This document shows positions 14,748 to 27,815 of a DNA stretch of 64,000 bases, one piece after another (position 1 is the first letter of the stretch; every line of letters begins with the position of its first letter). The position numbers and the translations under genes were made by a program. The stretch spans positions 40,796,001 through 40,860,000 of the forward strand of contig OZ024748.1 in assembly GCA_964016885.1 (NCBI GenBank), in the 5' to 3' direction. The notes beneath the pieces are model-generated. The model was not told the DNA's origin and ran no database searches. It was given only the letters and a program-made list of their open reading frames with translations. Source of the stretch: Eledone cirrhosa. Its lineage: Eukaryota.

Positions 14748-15002
14748 CTGTAACAAAACATTTACTGGATTTGAAGAAGAGAATCACAGAAGGTAATTAA
14801 AAACAAACAGCTAAGAAGTGTTGCATGGTCCCGTAACTCCTGAGTGAGACATATAGACACTGTATTGACAACGTTTATAGGGCATTTTTATGTTTTAAAC
14901 CTAGCGAGCCCATCTCTCTCCAGGTCTGAACACAGCAGATTTCTTTCAGAGAAGGATAGAGAGAGAGGTAGACAGAAAGGAAGAGAGATAGAGGAAGAAT
15001 TT

Positions 15003-15151
15003 ACTCCAGTACTAGACTGGTATTTTTTTATCAACTTCAAAAGGACAAAAGACAAAGTTGACTTCAGCGGAATTTGAACTGAGAGAGCAGAAAGCTGAAA
15101 CAAATAACATAAAGCTATCAATCATTGTAACAACTCTGTCAATTCACTGCC
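15003..15151 (-). mobile_element. Degenerate tRNA-derived SINE fragment (same family as 35485-35656)
   Basis: Shares ccagt..actggt..aaag.caaag..ggaatttgaact with the 35485 copy; B-box-like AGTTCAAATTCC on minus. Confidence 0.7.
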
Positions 15152-15356
15152 TTTTAAGGCCATTACTCCCATTAAATCAGGAGTTATCACTTGCTCCATC
15201 ACAGCTTCCATACTTATCATAGAAGTCGTTTTTGAGGTAATTATTTACAGCCGGATGCTCTTCATGGTACTAGCTCCTAATGGCTACCTCATACAACATA
15301 GGTACAAGTGTCCCTATTCTAAACTGGGTACATGCAGTAGGTATTGCATATGATGT

Positions 15357-17335
15357 CACAAATAAATGCACCCAGTACACTCTGTCAAATGGTAGTGTTG
15401 GTGCCACAATAAAATACACCCAGTATACTCTGTCAACTGGTAGTGTTGGTGTCACAATAAAATACACCCAGTACACAGTCAACTGGTTGTGTTGGTGTCA
15501 CAATAAAATACACCCAGTACACTGTCAACTGGTAGTGTTGGTGCCACAATAAAATACACCCAGTACACTGTCAACTGGTAGTGTTGGTGCCACAATAAAA
15601 TACACCCAGTACACTGTCAACTGGTAGTGTTGGTGCCACAATAAAATACACCCAGTACACTCTGTCAACTGGTAGTGTTGGTGCCACAATAAAATACACC
15701 CAGCACACTGTCAACTGGTAGTGTTGGTGTCACAATAAAATACACCCAGTACACACTGTCAACTGGTAGTGTTGGTACCACAATAAAATACACCCAGTAC
15801 ACTGTCAACTGGTAGTGTTGGTACCACAATAAAATACACCCAGTACACTGTCAACTGGTAGTGTTGGTGCCACAATAAAATACACCCAGTACACAGTCAA
15901 CTGGTAGTGTTGGTACCACAATAAAATACACCCAGTACACTGTCAACTGGTAGTGTTGGTGCCACAATAAAATACACCCAGTACACAGTCAACTGGTAGT
16001 GTTGGTACCACAATAAAATACACCCAGTACACAGTCAACTGGTAGTGTTGGTACCACAATAAAATACACCCAGTACACTGTCAACTGGTAGTGTTGGTAC
16101 CACAATAAAATACACCCAGTACACAGTCAACTGGTAGTGTTGGTACCACAATAAAATACACCCAGTACACTGTCAACTGGTAGTGTTGGTGCCACAATAA
16201 AATACACCCAGTACACTGTCAACTGGTAGTGTTGGTGTCACAATAAAATACACCCAGTACACACTGTCAACTGGTAGTGTTGGTACCACAATAAAATACA
16301 CCCTGTACACAGTCAACTGGTAGTGTTGGTACCACAATAAAATACACCCAGTACACTGTCAACTGGTAGTGTTGGTGCCACAATAAAATACACCCAGTAC
16401 ACTGTCAACTGGTAGTGTTGGTGTCACAATAAAATACACCCAGTACACACTGTCAACTGGTATTGTTGGTACCACAATAAAATACACCCAGTACACAGTC
16501 AACTGGTAGTGTTGGTACCACAATAAAATATACCCAGTACACTGTCAACTGGTAGTGTTGGTGCCACAATAGAATACACCCAGTACACTGTCAACTGGTA
16601 GTGTTGGTGTCACAATAAAATACACCCAGTACACACTGTCAACTGGTAGTGTTGGTACCACAATAAAATACACCCAGTACACAGTCAACTGGTAGTGTTG
16701 GTACCACAATAAAATACACCCAGTACACTGTCAACTGGTAGTGTTGGTGCCACAATAAAATACACCCAGTACACAGTCAACTGGTAATGTTGGTGCCACA
16801 ATAAAATACACCCAGTACAGTCAACTGGTAATGTTGGTGCCACAATAAAATACACCCAGTACACTCTGTCAATTGGTAGTGTTTGTGTCACAATAAAATA
16901 CACCCAGTACACTGTCAACTGGTAGTGTTGGTGCCACAATAAAATACACCCAATACACTGTCAACTGGTAGTGTTGGTGCCACAATAAAATACACCCAGT
17001 ACACTGTCAACTGGTAGTGTTGGTGCCACAATAAAATACACCCAGTACACTGCCAACTGGTAGTGTTGGTGCCACAATAAAATACACCCAGTACACAGTC
17101 AACTGGTAATGTTGGTGCCACAATAAAATACACTCAGTACACTCTGTCAATTGGTAGTGTTGCTGTCACAATAAAATACACCCAGTACACTGTCAACTGC
17201 TGGTGTTGGTGCCACAATAAAATACACTCAGTACACTCTGTCAATTGGTAGTGTTGCTGTCACAATAAAATACACCCAGTACACTGTCAACTGCTGGTGT
17301 TGGTGCCACAATAAAATACACCCAGTACACTCTGT
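15357..17335. repeat. 46/48-bp satellite (CACAATAAAATACACCCAGTACACTGTCAACTGGTAGTGTTGGTGC), ~42 copies
   Basis: Direct periodicity; last unit continues into dispersed-repeat sequence ctgtaaagtggttgg..ggaagg.catc. Confidence 0.98.
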
Positions 17336-17550
17336 AAAGTGGTTGGTTTTTGGAAGGTCATCTAACTATAGAAAGGGATGCCAAAGTATGGAACATATAA
17401 AAAAAAGATGTGGTGGACCGTGACAACATTTCCAACCCTTGCCCACATCGAGAACAAAAATAAAATGATGTTTTCCTGTGTAATATTAACTTCACAAATA
17501 GATTTTATGTATTTAGCAACAGAGAAGATATTCAATTATTTCCAAATTAC

Positions 17551-17639
17551 CTTAGCACCAAATTCCACTAAATTTGCTAAGTTCTGTAAAGATTTTGCTA
17601 CAAGTTTTAATGACCGAATTGCCATTTCAGTTGGAGTTT
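17551..17639 (-). CDS. RASA1: p120 RasGAP exon M: (E)TPTEMAIRSLKLVAKSLQNLANLVEFGAK
   Basis: cag|AA...AAG|gtaat, 89 nt; RasGAP KxxQNLAN motif. Confidence 0.97.
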
Positions 17640-17956
17640 CTGCAAGAAAAGAAAGTAAAAGATTTAAAGATTTTGAAGAGAGAGAAATAATTATCTAAGT
17701 TATGTCACTGTCTGTGTTTTTACCTAGTAATTATTGATTAGACTGTAGCCCTGCTGGGGCAATATTTTAATGAGATCATATTCTTTGAACAACTTAATTC
17801 TGATAATATAATGAAAATGATTGTGTACAGTGCTCAAGTGCACAACTCATCAAAGGTGCATGTACAGTACTAGTAGAGAATCATAAGAAAGTGTTTCTAA
17901 TGAAGTTACTTATTATTTACAAAGAATATTACAAGAAAAGAAGAAATATTAAAGGA

Positions 17957-18091
17957 TTACCTGATATTAAACATTAGGGCTTATCTGATATTAAACATTA
18001 GGGCTTACCTGATATTAAATATTAGGGCTTACCTGATATTAAATATTAGGGCTTACTTGATATTAAATATTAGAGCTTACCTGATATTAAA
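17957..18091. repeat. 24-bp tandem repeat (5.6 copies) spanning the exon L 5' splice site
   Basis: Unit TTACCTGATATTAAAYATTAGGGC; the last partial unit overlaps the real exon end and donor. Confidence 0.96.
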
Positions 18092-18148
18092 TTGAAAGAC
18101 TTTGGGTTTAAAATTGCTGGGCACAGTAACCGCAAAAAGATGAAGCCA
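18081..18148 (-). CDS. RASA1: p120 RasGAP exon L: (S)GFIFLRLLCPAILNPKSFNLIS
   Basis: cag|T...G|gtaag, 68 nt; hallmark RasGAP FLR...PAIxxP motif. Confidence 0.98.
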
Positions 18149-18314
18149 CTGAAAATAACAGAAGTAATAATGTAAAAATATATGATACTGGGTAGATATA
18201 AGGATGGGGGGGGGGGGGGGGTAGATAGGGGTAGCTATGGGAGGGTACATATAGGGGTGGGATGTCATGTTAAAATACACCCAGTATACTCTGTAAAGTG
18301 GTAGTGCTGGTGTC

Positions 18315-18370
18315 ATGATGATGATGGTGATGCTGATGATGTTGATGATGATGATGATGATGATGGTGAT
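18315..18370. repeat. (GAT)n-type microsatellite
   Basis: gatgatgatggtgatgctgatgat... Confidence 0.9.
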
Positions 18371-18420
18371 ACACACAACAATGGAACAATCAGTGCTACT
18401 GTTCTGTTTCCCATACTTAC

Positions 18421-18507
18421 CTAACAACTCTGGTACGTACACTTTCATCATCAGGCCACTTATTTTTGGCACTTCTCTGTAAACAATAGCAGATGTGACG
18501 TAACATT
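18421..18507 (-). CDS. RASA1: p120 RasGAP exon K: (L)MLRHICYCLQRSAKNKWPDDESVRTRVV(S)
   Basis: tag|A...AG|gtaag, 87 nt; resembles human TLRYIYGCLQKSVQHKWP..RTRVVS (recalled). Confidence 0.97.
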
Positions 18508-18528
18508 CTAGAACAGAAACAGAGAGAA

Positions 18529-20815
18529 CATAGCTATATATGGTGTAACATTATAGAGTACATGTCATAGCTATATATGGTGTAACATTATAGAGTACAT
18601 GTCATAGCTATATATATGGTGTAACATTATAGAGTACATGTCATAGCTATATATGGTGTAACATTATAGAGTACATGTCATAGCTATATATATATGGTGT
18701 AACATCATAGAGTACATGTCATAGCTATATATGGTGTAACATTATAGAGTACATGTCATAGCTATATATATGGTGTAACATTATAGAGTACATGTCATAG
18801 CTATATATGGTGTAACATTATAGAGTACATGTCATAGCTATATATGGTGTAACATTATAGAGTACATGTCATAGCTATATATGGTGTAACATTATAGAGT
18901 ACATGTAGGCTATATATGGTGTAACATTATAGTGTACATGTCATAGCTATATATGGTGTAACATTATAGAGTACATGTCAGCTATATATGGTGTAACATT
19001 ATAGAGTACATGTCGTAGCTATATACGGTGTAAGATTATAGAGTACATGTCATAGCTATATATGGTATAACATTATAGAGTACATGTCATAGTTATATAT
19101 GGTATAACATTATAGAGTACATTTCATAGCTATATATGGTGTAACATTATAGAGTACGTCATAGCTATATATGGTGTAACATTATAGAGTACATATCAGC
19201 TATATATGGTGTAACATTATAGAGTACATGTCATAGCTATATATGGTGTATTATAGAGTACATGTCAGCTATATATGGTGTAACATTATAGAGTACATGT
19301 CATAGCTATATATGGTGTAACATTATAGAGTATATGTCATAGCTATATATGGTGTAACATTATAGAGTACATGTCATAGCTATATATGGTGTAACATTAT
19401 AGAGTACATTTCATAGCTATATATGGTGTAACATTATAGAGTACATGTCAGCTATATATGGTGTAACATTATAGAGTACATGTCATAGCTATATACGGTG
19501 TAAGATTATAGAGTACATGTCATAGCTATATATGGTATAACATTATAGAGTACATTTCATAGCTATATATGGTGTAACATTATAGAGTACATGTCATAGC
19601 TATATATGGTGTAACATTATAGAGTATATGTCAGCTATATATGGTGTAACATTATAGAGTACATGTCATAGCTATATATGGTGTAACATTATAAAGTACA
19701 TGTCATAGCTATATATGGTGTAACATTATAGAGTACATGTCATAGCTATATATATGGTGTAACATTATAGAGTACATGTCATAGCTATATATGGTGTAAC
19801 ATTATAGAGTACATGTCAGCTATATATGGTGTAACATTATAGAGTACATGTCATAGCTATATATGGTGTAACATTAAAGAGTACATGTCAGCTATATATA
19901 TATGATGTAACATTATAGAGTACATGTCATAGCTATATATGGTGTAACATTATAGAGTACATGTCATAGCTATATATATGGTGTAACATTATAGAGTACA
20001 TGTCATAGCTATATATGGTGTAACATTATAGAGTACATGTCATAGCTATATATGGTGAAACATTATAGAGTAGATGTCATAGCTATATATGGTGTAACAT
20101 TATAGAGTACATATCAGCTATATATGGTGTAACATTATAGAGTATATGTCAGCTATATATGGTGTAACATTATAGAGTACATTTCATAGCTATATATATG
20201 GTGTAACATTATAGAGTACATGTCAGCTATATATGGTGTAACATTATAGAGTACATGTCATAGCTATATATGGTGTAACATTATAGAGTACATGTCATAG
20301 CTATATATGGTGTAACATTATAGAGTACATGTCAGCTATATATATGGTGTAACAGTATAGAGTACATGTCATAGCTATATATGGTGTAACATTAGAGTAC
20401 ATGTCATAGCTATATATGGTGTAACATTATAGAGTACATGTCAGCTATATATGGTGTAACATTATAGAGTACATGTCATAGCTATATATGGTGTAACATT
20501 ATAGAGTACATGTCATAGCTACATATGGTATAACATTATAGAGTACATGTCATAGCTATATATGGTGTAACATTATAGAGTACATGTCAGCTATATATGG
20601 TGTAACATTATAGAGTACATGTCATAGCTATATATGGTGTAACATTATAGAGTACATGTCAGCTATATATGGTGTAACATTATAGAGTACATGTCATAGC
20701 TATATATGGTGTAACATTATAGAGTACATGTCATAGCTATATATGGTGTAACATTATAGAGTACATGTCAGCTATATATGGTGTAACATTATAGAGTACA
20801 TGTCATAGCTATATA
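18529..20815. repeat. ~37-bp satellite (CATAGCTATATATGGTGTAACATTATAGAGTACATGT), ~62 copies, with TA-length variants
   Basis: Direct periodicity; begins ~20 nt from the exon K acceptor. Confidence 0.98.
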
Positions 20816-20957
20816 TATATATAGAGAGAGAGAACAGTTTCTAGTTATAAATAATATAAAGTTCCTCTATAGAGGGGTTGCTAATGAAAGCTACTCATGA
20901 AAAATAAATAAAAAACCCACAAAAAGACCCCAATCAGCCTGACAGCCATGACAAATA

Positions 20958-23900
20958 CCTTCTCCCAGTAGTCTACCTCCAATCTACAGGTGAGTCAGCC
21001 TTCTCCCAGTAGTCCACCTCCAATCTACAGGTGAGTCAGCCTTCTCCCAGTAGTCCACCTCTACTCTACAGGTGAGTCCACCTTCTCCCAGTAGTCCACC
21101 TCCAATCTACAGGTGAGTCAGCCTTCTCCCAGTAGTCCACCTCTACTCTACAGGTGAGTCATCCTTCTCCCAGTAGTCCACCTCCGATCTACAGGTGAGT
21201 CAGCCTTCTCCCAGTAGTCCACCTCCAATCTACAGGTGAGTCAGCCTTCTCCCAGTAGTCTACCTCTAATCTACAGGTGAGTCAGCCTTCTCCCAGTAGT
21301 CCACCTCCAATCTACAGGTGAGTCAGCCTTCTACCAGTAATCCTCCTCTAATCTACAGGTGAGTCATCCTTCTCCCAGTAGTCCACCTCTACTCTACAGG
21401 TGAGTCAGCCTTCTCCCAGTAGTCTACCTCTAATCTACAGGTGAGTCAGCCTTCTCCCAGTAGTCTAACTCTACTCTACAGGTGAGTCATCCTTCTCCCA
21501 GTAGTCCACCTCCGATCTACAGGTGAGTCAGCCTTCTCCCAGTAGTCCACCTCCAATCTACAGGTGAGTCAGCCTTCTCTCAGTAGTCCACCTCCAATCT
21601 ACAGGTGAGTCAGCCTTCTCTCAGTAGTCCACCTCCAATCTACAGGTGAGTCAGCCTTCTCCCAGTAGTCTAACTCTACTCTACAGGTGAGTCAGCCTTC
21701 TCTCAGTAGTCCACCTCCAATCTACAGGTGAGTCAGCCTTCTCCCAGTAGTCTAACTCTACTCTACAGGTGAGTCATCCTTCTCCCAGTAGTCCACCTCC
21801 AATCTACAGGTGAGTCAGCCTTCTCCCAGTAGTCCACCTCCAATCTACAGGTGAGTCAGCCTTCTCCCAGTAGTCCACCTCCAATCTACAGGTGAGTCAG
21901 CCTTCTCCCAGTAGTCCACCTCCAATCTACAGGTGAGTCAGCCTTCTCCCAGTAGTCCACCTCCAATCTACAGGTGTCATCCTTCTCCCAGTAGTCTACC
22001 TCTACTCTACAGGTGAGTCAGCCTTCTCCCAGTAGTCCACCTCCAATCTACAGGTGAGTCAGCCTTCTCCCAGTAGTCCACCTCCAATCTACAGGTGTCA
22101 TCCTTCTCCCAGTAGTCTACCTCTACTCTACAGGTGAGTCATCCTTCTCCCAGTAGTCCACCTCCGATCTACAGGTGAGTCAGCCTTCTCCCAGTAGTCC
22201 ACCTCCAATCTACAGGTGAGTCAGCCTTCTCCCAGTAGTCCACCTCCAATCTACAGGTGAGTCAGCCTTCTCCCAGTAGTCCACCTCCAATCTACAGGTG
22301 AGTCAGCCTTCTCCCAGTAGTCCACCTCCGATCTACAGGTGAGTCAGCCTTCTCCCAGTAGTCCACCTCTAATCTACAGGTGAGTCAGCCTTCTCCCAGT
22401 AGTCCACCTCCAATCTACAGGTGAGTCAACCTTCTCCCAGTAGTCTACCTCCGATCTACAGGTGAGTCAACCTTCTCCCAGTAGTCTACCTCCGATCTAC
22501 AGGTGAGTCAGCCTTCTCCCAGTAGTCTACCTCTAATCTACAGGTGTGTCAGCCTTCTCCCAGTAGTCCACCTCCAATCTACAGGTGAGTCAGCCTTCTC
22601 CCAGTAGTCTACCTCCAATCTACAGGTGAGTCAACCTTCTCCCAGTAGTCCACCTCCAATCTACAGGTGAGTCAGCCTTCTCCCAGTAGTCCACCTCCGA
22701 TCTACAGGTGAGTCAACCTTCTCCCAGTAGTCCACCTCCGATCTACAGGTGAGTCAGCCTTCTCCCAGTAGTCCACCTCCAATCTACAGGTGAGTCAGAC
22801 TTCTCCCAGTAGTCCACCTCCGATCTACAGGTGAGTCAGCCTTCTCCCAGTAGTCCACCTCCGATCTACAGGTGAGTCAGCCTTCTCCCAGTAGTCCACC
22901 TCCAATCTACAGGTGAGTCAGCCTTCTCCCAATAGTCCACCTCCGATCTACAGGTGAGTCAGCCTTCTCCCAGTAGTCCACCTCCGATCTACAGGTGAGT
23001 CAGCCTTCTCCCAGTAGTCCACCTCCAATCTACAGGTGAGTCAGCCTTCTCCAAGTAGTCCACCTCCGATCTACAGGTGAGTCATCCTTCTCCCAGTAGT
23101 CCACCTCCAATCTACAGGTGAGTCAGCCTTCTCCCAGTAGTCCAGCTCCAATCTACAGGTGAGTCAGCCTTCTCCCAGTAGTCCACCTCCAATCTACAGG
23201 TGAGTCAACCTTCTCCCAGTAGTCCACCTCCAATCTACAGGTGAGTCAACCTTCTCCCAGTAGTCCACCTCCAATCTACAGGTGAGTCAGCCTTCTCCCA
23301 GTAGTCCACCTCCGATCTACAGGTGAGTCAACCTTCTCCCAGTAGTCCACCTCCGATCTACAGGTGAGTCAACCTTCTCCCAGTAGTCCACCTCCAATCT
23401 ACAGGTGAGTCAGCCTTCTCCCAGTAGTCCACCTCCGATCTACAGGTGAGTCAGCCTTCTCCCAGTAGTCCACCTCCGATCTACAGGTGAGTCAACCTTC
23501 TCCCAGTAGTCCACCTCCGATCTACAGGTGAGTCAACCTTCTCCCAGTAGTCCACCTCCGATCTACAGGTGAGTCAGCCTTCTCCCAGTAGTCCACCTCC
23601 GATCTACAGGTGAGTCAGCCTTCTCCCAGTAGCCCACCTCTAATCTACAGGTGAGTCAGCCTTCTCCCAGTAGTCCACCTCCGATCTACAGGTGAGTCAG
23701 CCTTCTCCCAGTAGTCTACCTCCAATCTACAGGTGAGTCAGCCTTCTCCCAGTAGTCCACCTCCAATCTACAGGTGAGTCAGCCTTCTCCCAGTAGTCTA
23801 CCTCCAATCTACAGGTGAGTCAGCCTTCTCCCAGTAGTCCACCTCCAATCTACAGGTGAGTCATCCTTCTCCCAGTAGTCCACCTCCAATCTACAGGCGA

Positions 23901-26900
23901 GTCAGCCTTCTCCCAGTAGTCCACCTCCAATCTACAGGTGAGTCAGCCTTCTCCCAGTAGTCCACCTCCTATCTACAGGTGAGTCAGCCTTCTCCCAGTA
24001 GCCCACCTCCAATCTACAGGTGAGTCAGCCTTCTCCCAGTAGTCTACCTCTAAACTACAGGTGAGTCAGCCTTCTCCCAGTAGTCCACCTCCGATCTACA
24101 GGTGAGTCAGCCTTCTCCCAGTAGTCCACCTCCGATCTACAGGTGAGTCAGCCTTCTCCCAGTAGTCTACCTCCAATCTACAGGTGAGTCAGCCTTCTCC
24201 CAGTAGTCCACCTCCAATCTACAGGTGAGTCAGCCTTCTCCCAGTAGTCCACCTCTAATCTACAGGTGAGTCAACCTTCTCCCAGTAGTCTACCTCTAAT
24301 CTACAGGTGAGTCAGCCTTCTCCCAGTAGTCTACCTCTAATCTACAGGTGAGTCAACCTTCTCCCAGTAGTCCACCTCTAATCTACAGGTGAGTCAACCT
24401 TCTCCCAGTACTCTACCTCCAATCTACAGGTGAGTCAGCCTTCTCCGAGTAGTCCACCTCTACTCTACAGGTGAGTCAACCTTCTCCCAGTAGTCCACCT
24501 CCAATCTACAGGTGAGTCATCCTTCTCCCAGTAGTCTACCTCCAATCTACAGGTGAGTCAGCCTTCTCCCAGTAGTCCACCTCCAATCTACAGGTGAGTC
24601 AGCCTTCTGCCAGTAGTCTACCTCCAATCTACAGGTGAGTCAGCCTTCTCCCAGTAGTCCACCTCCAATCTACAGGTGAGTCAGCCTTCTCCCAGTAGTC
24701 CACCTCTAATCTACAGGTGAGTCAACCTTCTCCCAGTAGTCTACCTCTAATCTACAGGTGAGTCAGCCTTCTCCCAGTAGTCTACCTCCAATCTACAGGT
24801 GAGTCAGCCTTCTCCCAGTAGTCCACCTCCAATCTACAGGTGAGTCATCCTTCTCCCAGTAGTCCACCTCCAATCTACAGGTGAGTCAGCCTTCTCCCAG
24901 TAGTCCACCTCCAATCTACAGGTGAGTCAGCCTTCTCCCAGTAGTCCACCTCCTATCTACAGGTGAGTCAGCCTTCTCCCAGTAGCCCACCTCCAATCTA
25001 CAGGTGAGTCAGCCTTCTCCCAGTAGTCTACCTCTAATCTACAGGTGAGTCAGCCTTCTCCCAGTAGTCCACCTCTAATCTACAGGTGAGTCAGCCTTCT
25101 CCCAGTAGTCTACCTCCAATCTACAGGTGAGTCAGCCTTCTCCCAGTAGTCTACCTCCGATCTACAGGTGAGTCAGCCTTCTCCCAGTAGTCTACCTCTA
25201 ATCTACAGGTGAGTCAGCCTTCTCCCAGTAGTCCACCTCTAATCTACAGGTGAGTCAGCCTTCTCCCAGTAGTCTACCTCTAATCTACAGGTGAGTCAGC
25301 CTTCTCCCAGTAGTCCACCTCTAATCTACAGGTGAGTCAGCCTTCTCCCAGTAGTCTACCTCCTATCTACAGGTGAGTCAGCCTTCTCCCAGTAGTCTAC
25401 CTCCTATCTACAGGTGAGTCAGCCTTCTCCCAGTAGTCTACCTCCGATCTACAGGTGAGTCAGCCTTCTCCCAGTAGTCTACCTCTAATCTACAGGTGAG
25501 TCAGCCTTCTCCCAGTAGTCCACCTCTAATCTACAGGTGAGTCAGCCTTCTCCCAGTAGTCTACCTCCGATCTACAGGTGAGTCAGCCTTCTCCCAGTAG
25601 TCCACCTCTAATCTACAGGTGAGTCAGCCTTCTCCCAGTAGTCTACCTCTAATCTACAGGTGAGTCAGCCTTCTCCCAGTAGTCTACCTCCGATCTACAG
25701 GTGAGTCAGCCTTCTCCCAGTAGTCTACCTCCGATCTACAGGTGAGTCAGCCTTCTCCCAGTAGTCTACCTCCGATCTACAGGTGAGTCAGCCTTCTCCC
25801 AGTAGTCCACCTCCAATCTACAGGTGAGTCAGCCTTCTCCCAGTAGCCCACCTCCAATCTACAAGTGAGTCAGCCTTCTCCCAGTAGTCTACCTCTAATC
25901 TACAGGTGAGTCAGCCTTCTCCCAGTAGTCCACCTCCAATCTACAGGTGAGTCAGCCTTCTCCCAGTAGTCTACCTCTAAACTACAGGTGAGTCAGCCTT
26001 CTCCCAGTAGTCCACCTCCTATCTACAGGTGAGTCAGCCTTCTCCCAGTAGTCCACCTCCAATCTACAGGTGAGTCAGCCTTCTCCCAGTAGTCCACCTC
26101 TACTCTACAGGTGAGTCATCCTTCTCCCAGTAGTCCACCTCCGATCTACAGGTGAGTCAACCTTCTCCCAGTAGTCCACCTCCAATCTACAGGTGAGTCA
26201 TCCTTCTCCCAGTAGTCTACCTCCAATCTACAGGTGAGTCAGCCTTCTCCCAGTAGTCCACCTCCAATCTACAGGTGAGTCAGCCTTCTCCCAGTAGTCT
26301 ACCTCCAATCTACAGGTGAGTCAGCCTTCTCCCAGTAGTCCACCTCCAATCTACAGGTGAGTCAGCCTTCTCCCAGTAGTCCACCTCTAATCTACAGGTG
26401 AGTCAGCCTTCTCCCAGTAGTCTACCTCTACTCTACAGGTGAGTCAGCCTTCTCCCAGTAGTCTACCTCCAATCTACAGGTGAGTCAGCCTTCTCCCAGT
26501 AGTCCACCTCTAATCTACAGGTGAGTCAACCTTCTCCCAGTAGTCCACCTCCAATCTACAGGTGAGTCAGCCTTCTCCCAGTAGTCCACCTCCAATCTAC
26601 AGGTGAGTCAGCCTTCTCCCAGTAGTCCACCTCCAATCTACAGGTGAGTCAGCCTTCTCCCAGTAGTCCACCTCCAATCTACAGGTGAGTCAGCCTTCTC
26701 CCAGTAGTCCACCTCCAATCTACAGGTGAGTCAGCCTTCTCCCAGTAGTCTACCTCTAATCTACAGGTGAGTCAGCCTTCTCCCAGTAGTCCACCTTCTC
26801 CCAGTAGTCTACCTCTAAACTACAGGTGAGTCAGCCTTCTCCCAGTAGTCCACCTCCAATCTACAGGTGAGTCAGCCTTCTCCCAGTAGTCTACCTCTAA

Positions 26901-27815
26901 ACTACAGGTGAGTCAGCCTTCTCCCAGTAGTCCACCTCCAATCTACAGGTGAGTCAGCCTTCTCCCAGTAGTCCACCTCCAATCTACAGGTGAGTCAACC
27001 TTCTCCCAGTAGTCCACCTCTACTCTACAGGTGAGTCAACCTTCTCCCAGTAGTCCACCTCCAATCTACAGGTGAGTCAGCCTTCTCCCAGTAGTCCACC
27101 TCTACTCTACAGGTGAGTCAACCTTCTCCCAGTAGTCCACCTCCAATCTACAGGTGAGTCAGCCTTCTCCCAGTAGTCCACCTCCAATCTACAGGTGAGT
27201 CAGCCTTCTCCAAGTAATCCTCCTCTAATCTACAGTTGAGTCAGCCTTCTCCAAGTAATCCTCCTCTAATCTACAGGTGAGTCAGCCTTCTCCCAGTAAT
27301 CCTCCTCTAATCTACAGGTGAGTCAACCTTCTCCCAGTAATCCTCCTCTAATCTACAGGTGAGTCAGCCTTCTCCCAGTAGCCCTCCTCTAATCTACAGG
27401 TGAGTCAACCTTCTCCCAGTAGTCTACCTCTAATCTACAGGTGAGTCAGCCTTCTACCAGTAATCCTCCTCTAATCTACAGGTGAGTCAACCTTCTCCCA
27501 GTAGTCTACCTCTAATCTACAGGTGAGTCAGCCTTCTACCAGTAATCCTCCTCTAATCTACAGGTGAGTCAGCCTTCTACCAGTAATCCTCCTCTAATCT
27601 ACAGGTGAGTCAGCCTTCTACCAGTAATCCTCCTCTAATCTACAGGTGAGTCAACCTTCTCCCAGTAGTCTACCTCTAATCTACAGGTGAGTCAGCCTTC
27701 TACCAGTAATCCTCCTCTAATCTACAGGTGAGTCAGCCTTCTACCAGTAATCCTCCTCTAATCTACAGGTGAGTCAGCCTTCTCCCAGTAGTCCTCCTCC
27801 AATCTACAGGTGTGT
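20958..27815. repeat. 41-bp satellite (CCTTCTCCCAGTAGTCCACCTCCAATCTACAGGTGAGTCAG), ~167 copies
   Basis: Direct periodicity; divergent sub-type concentrated at the right end (27200-27800). Confidence 0.99.

Noticed and set aside
18205-18260. Poly-G run with G-quadruplex potential (also 35243-35257)
   Set aside because: Simple homopolymers of uncertain length; G-rich on the strand opposite the pre-mRNA, with no further support.
17378-18472. ORFs 17378-17698 (+) and 18077-18472 (-)
   Set aside because: Antisense or wrong-frame overlaps of exons M, L and K; the spliced frame gives the RasGAP motifs.
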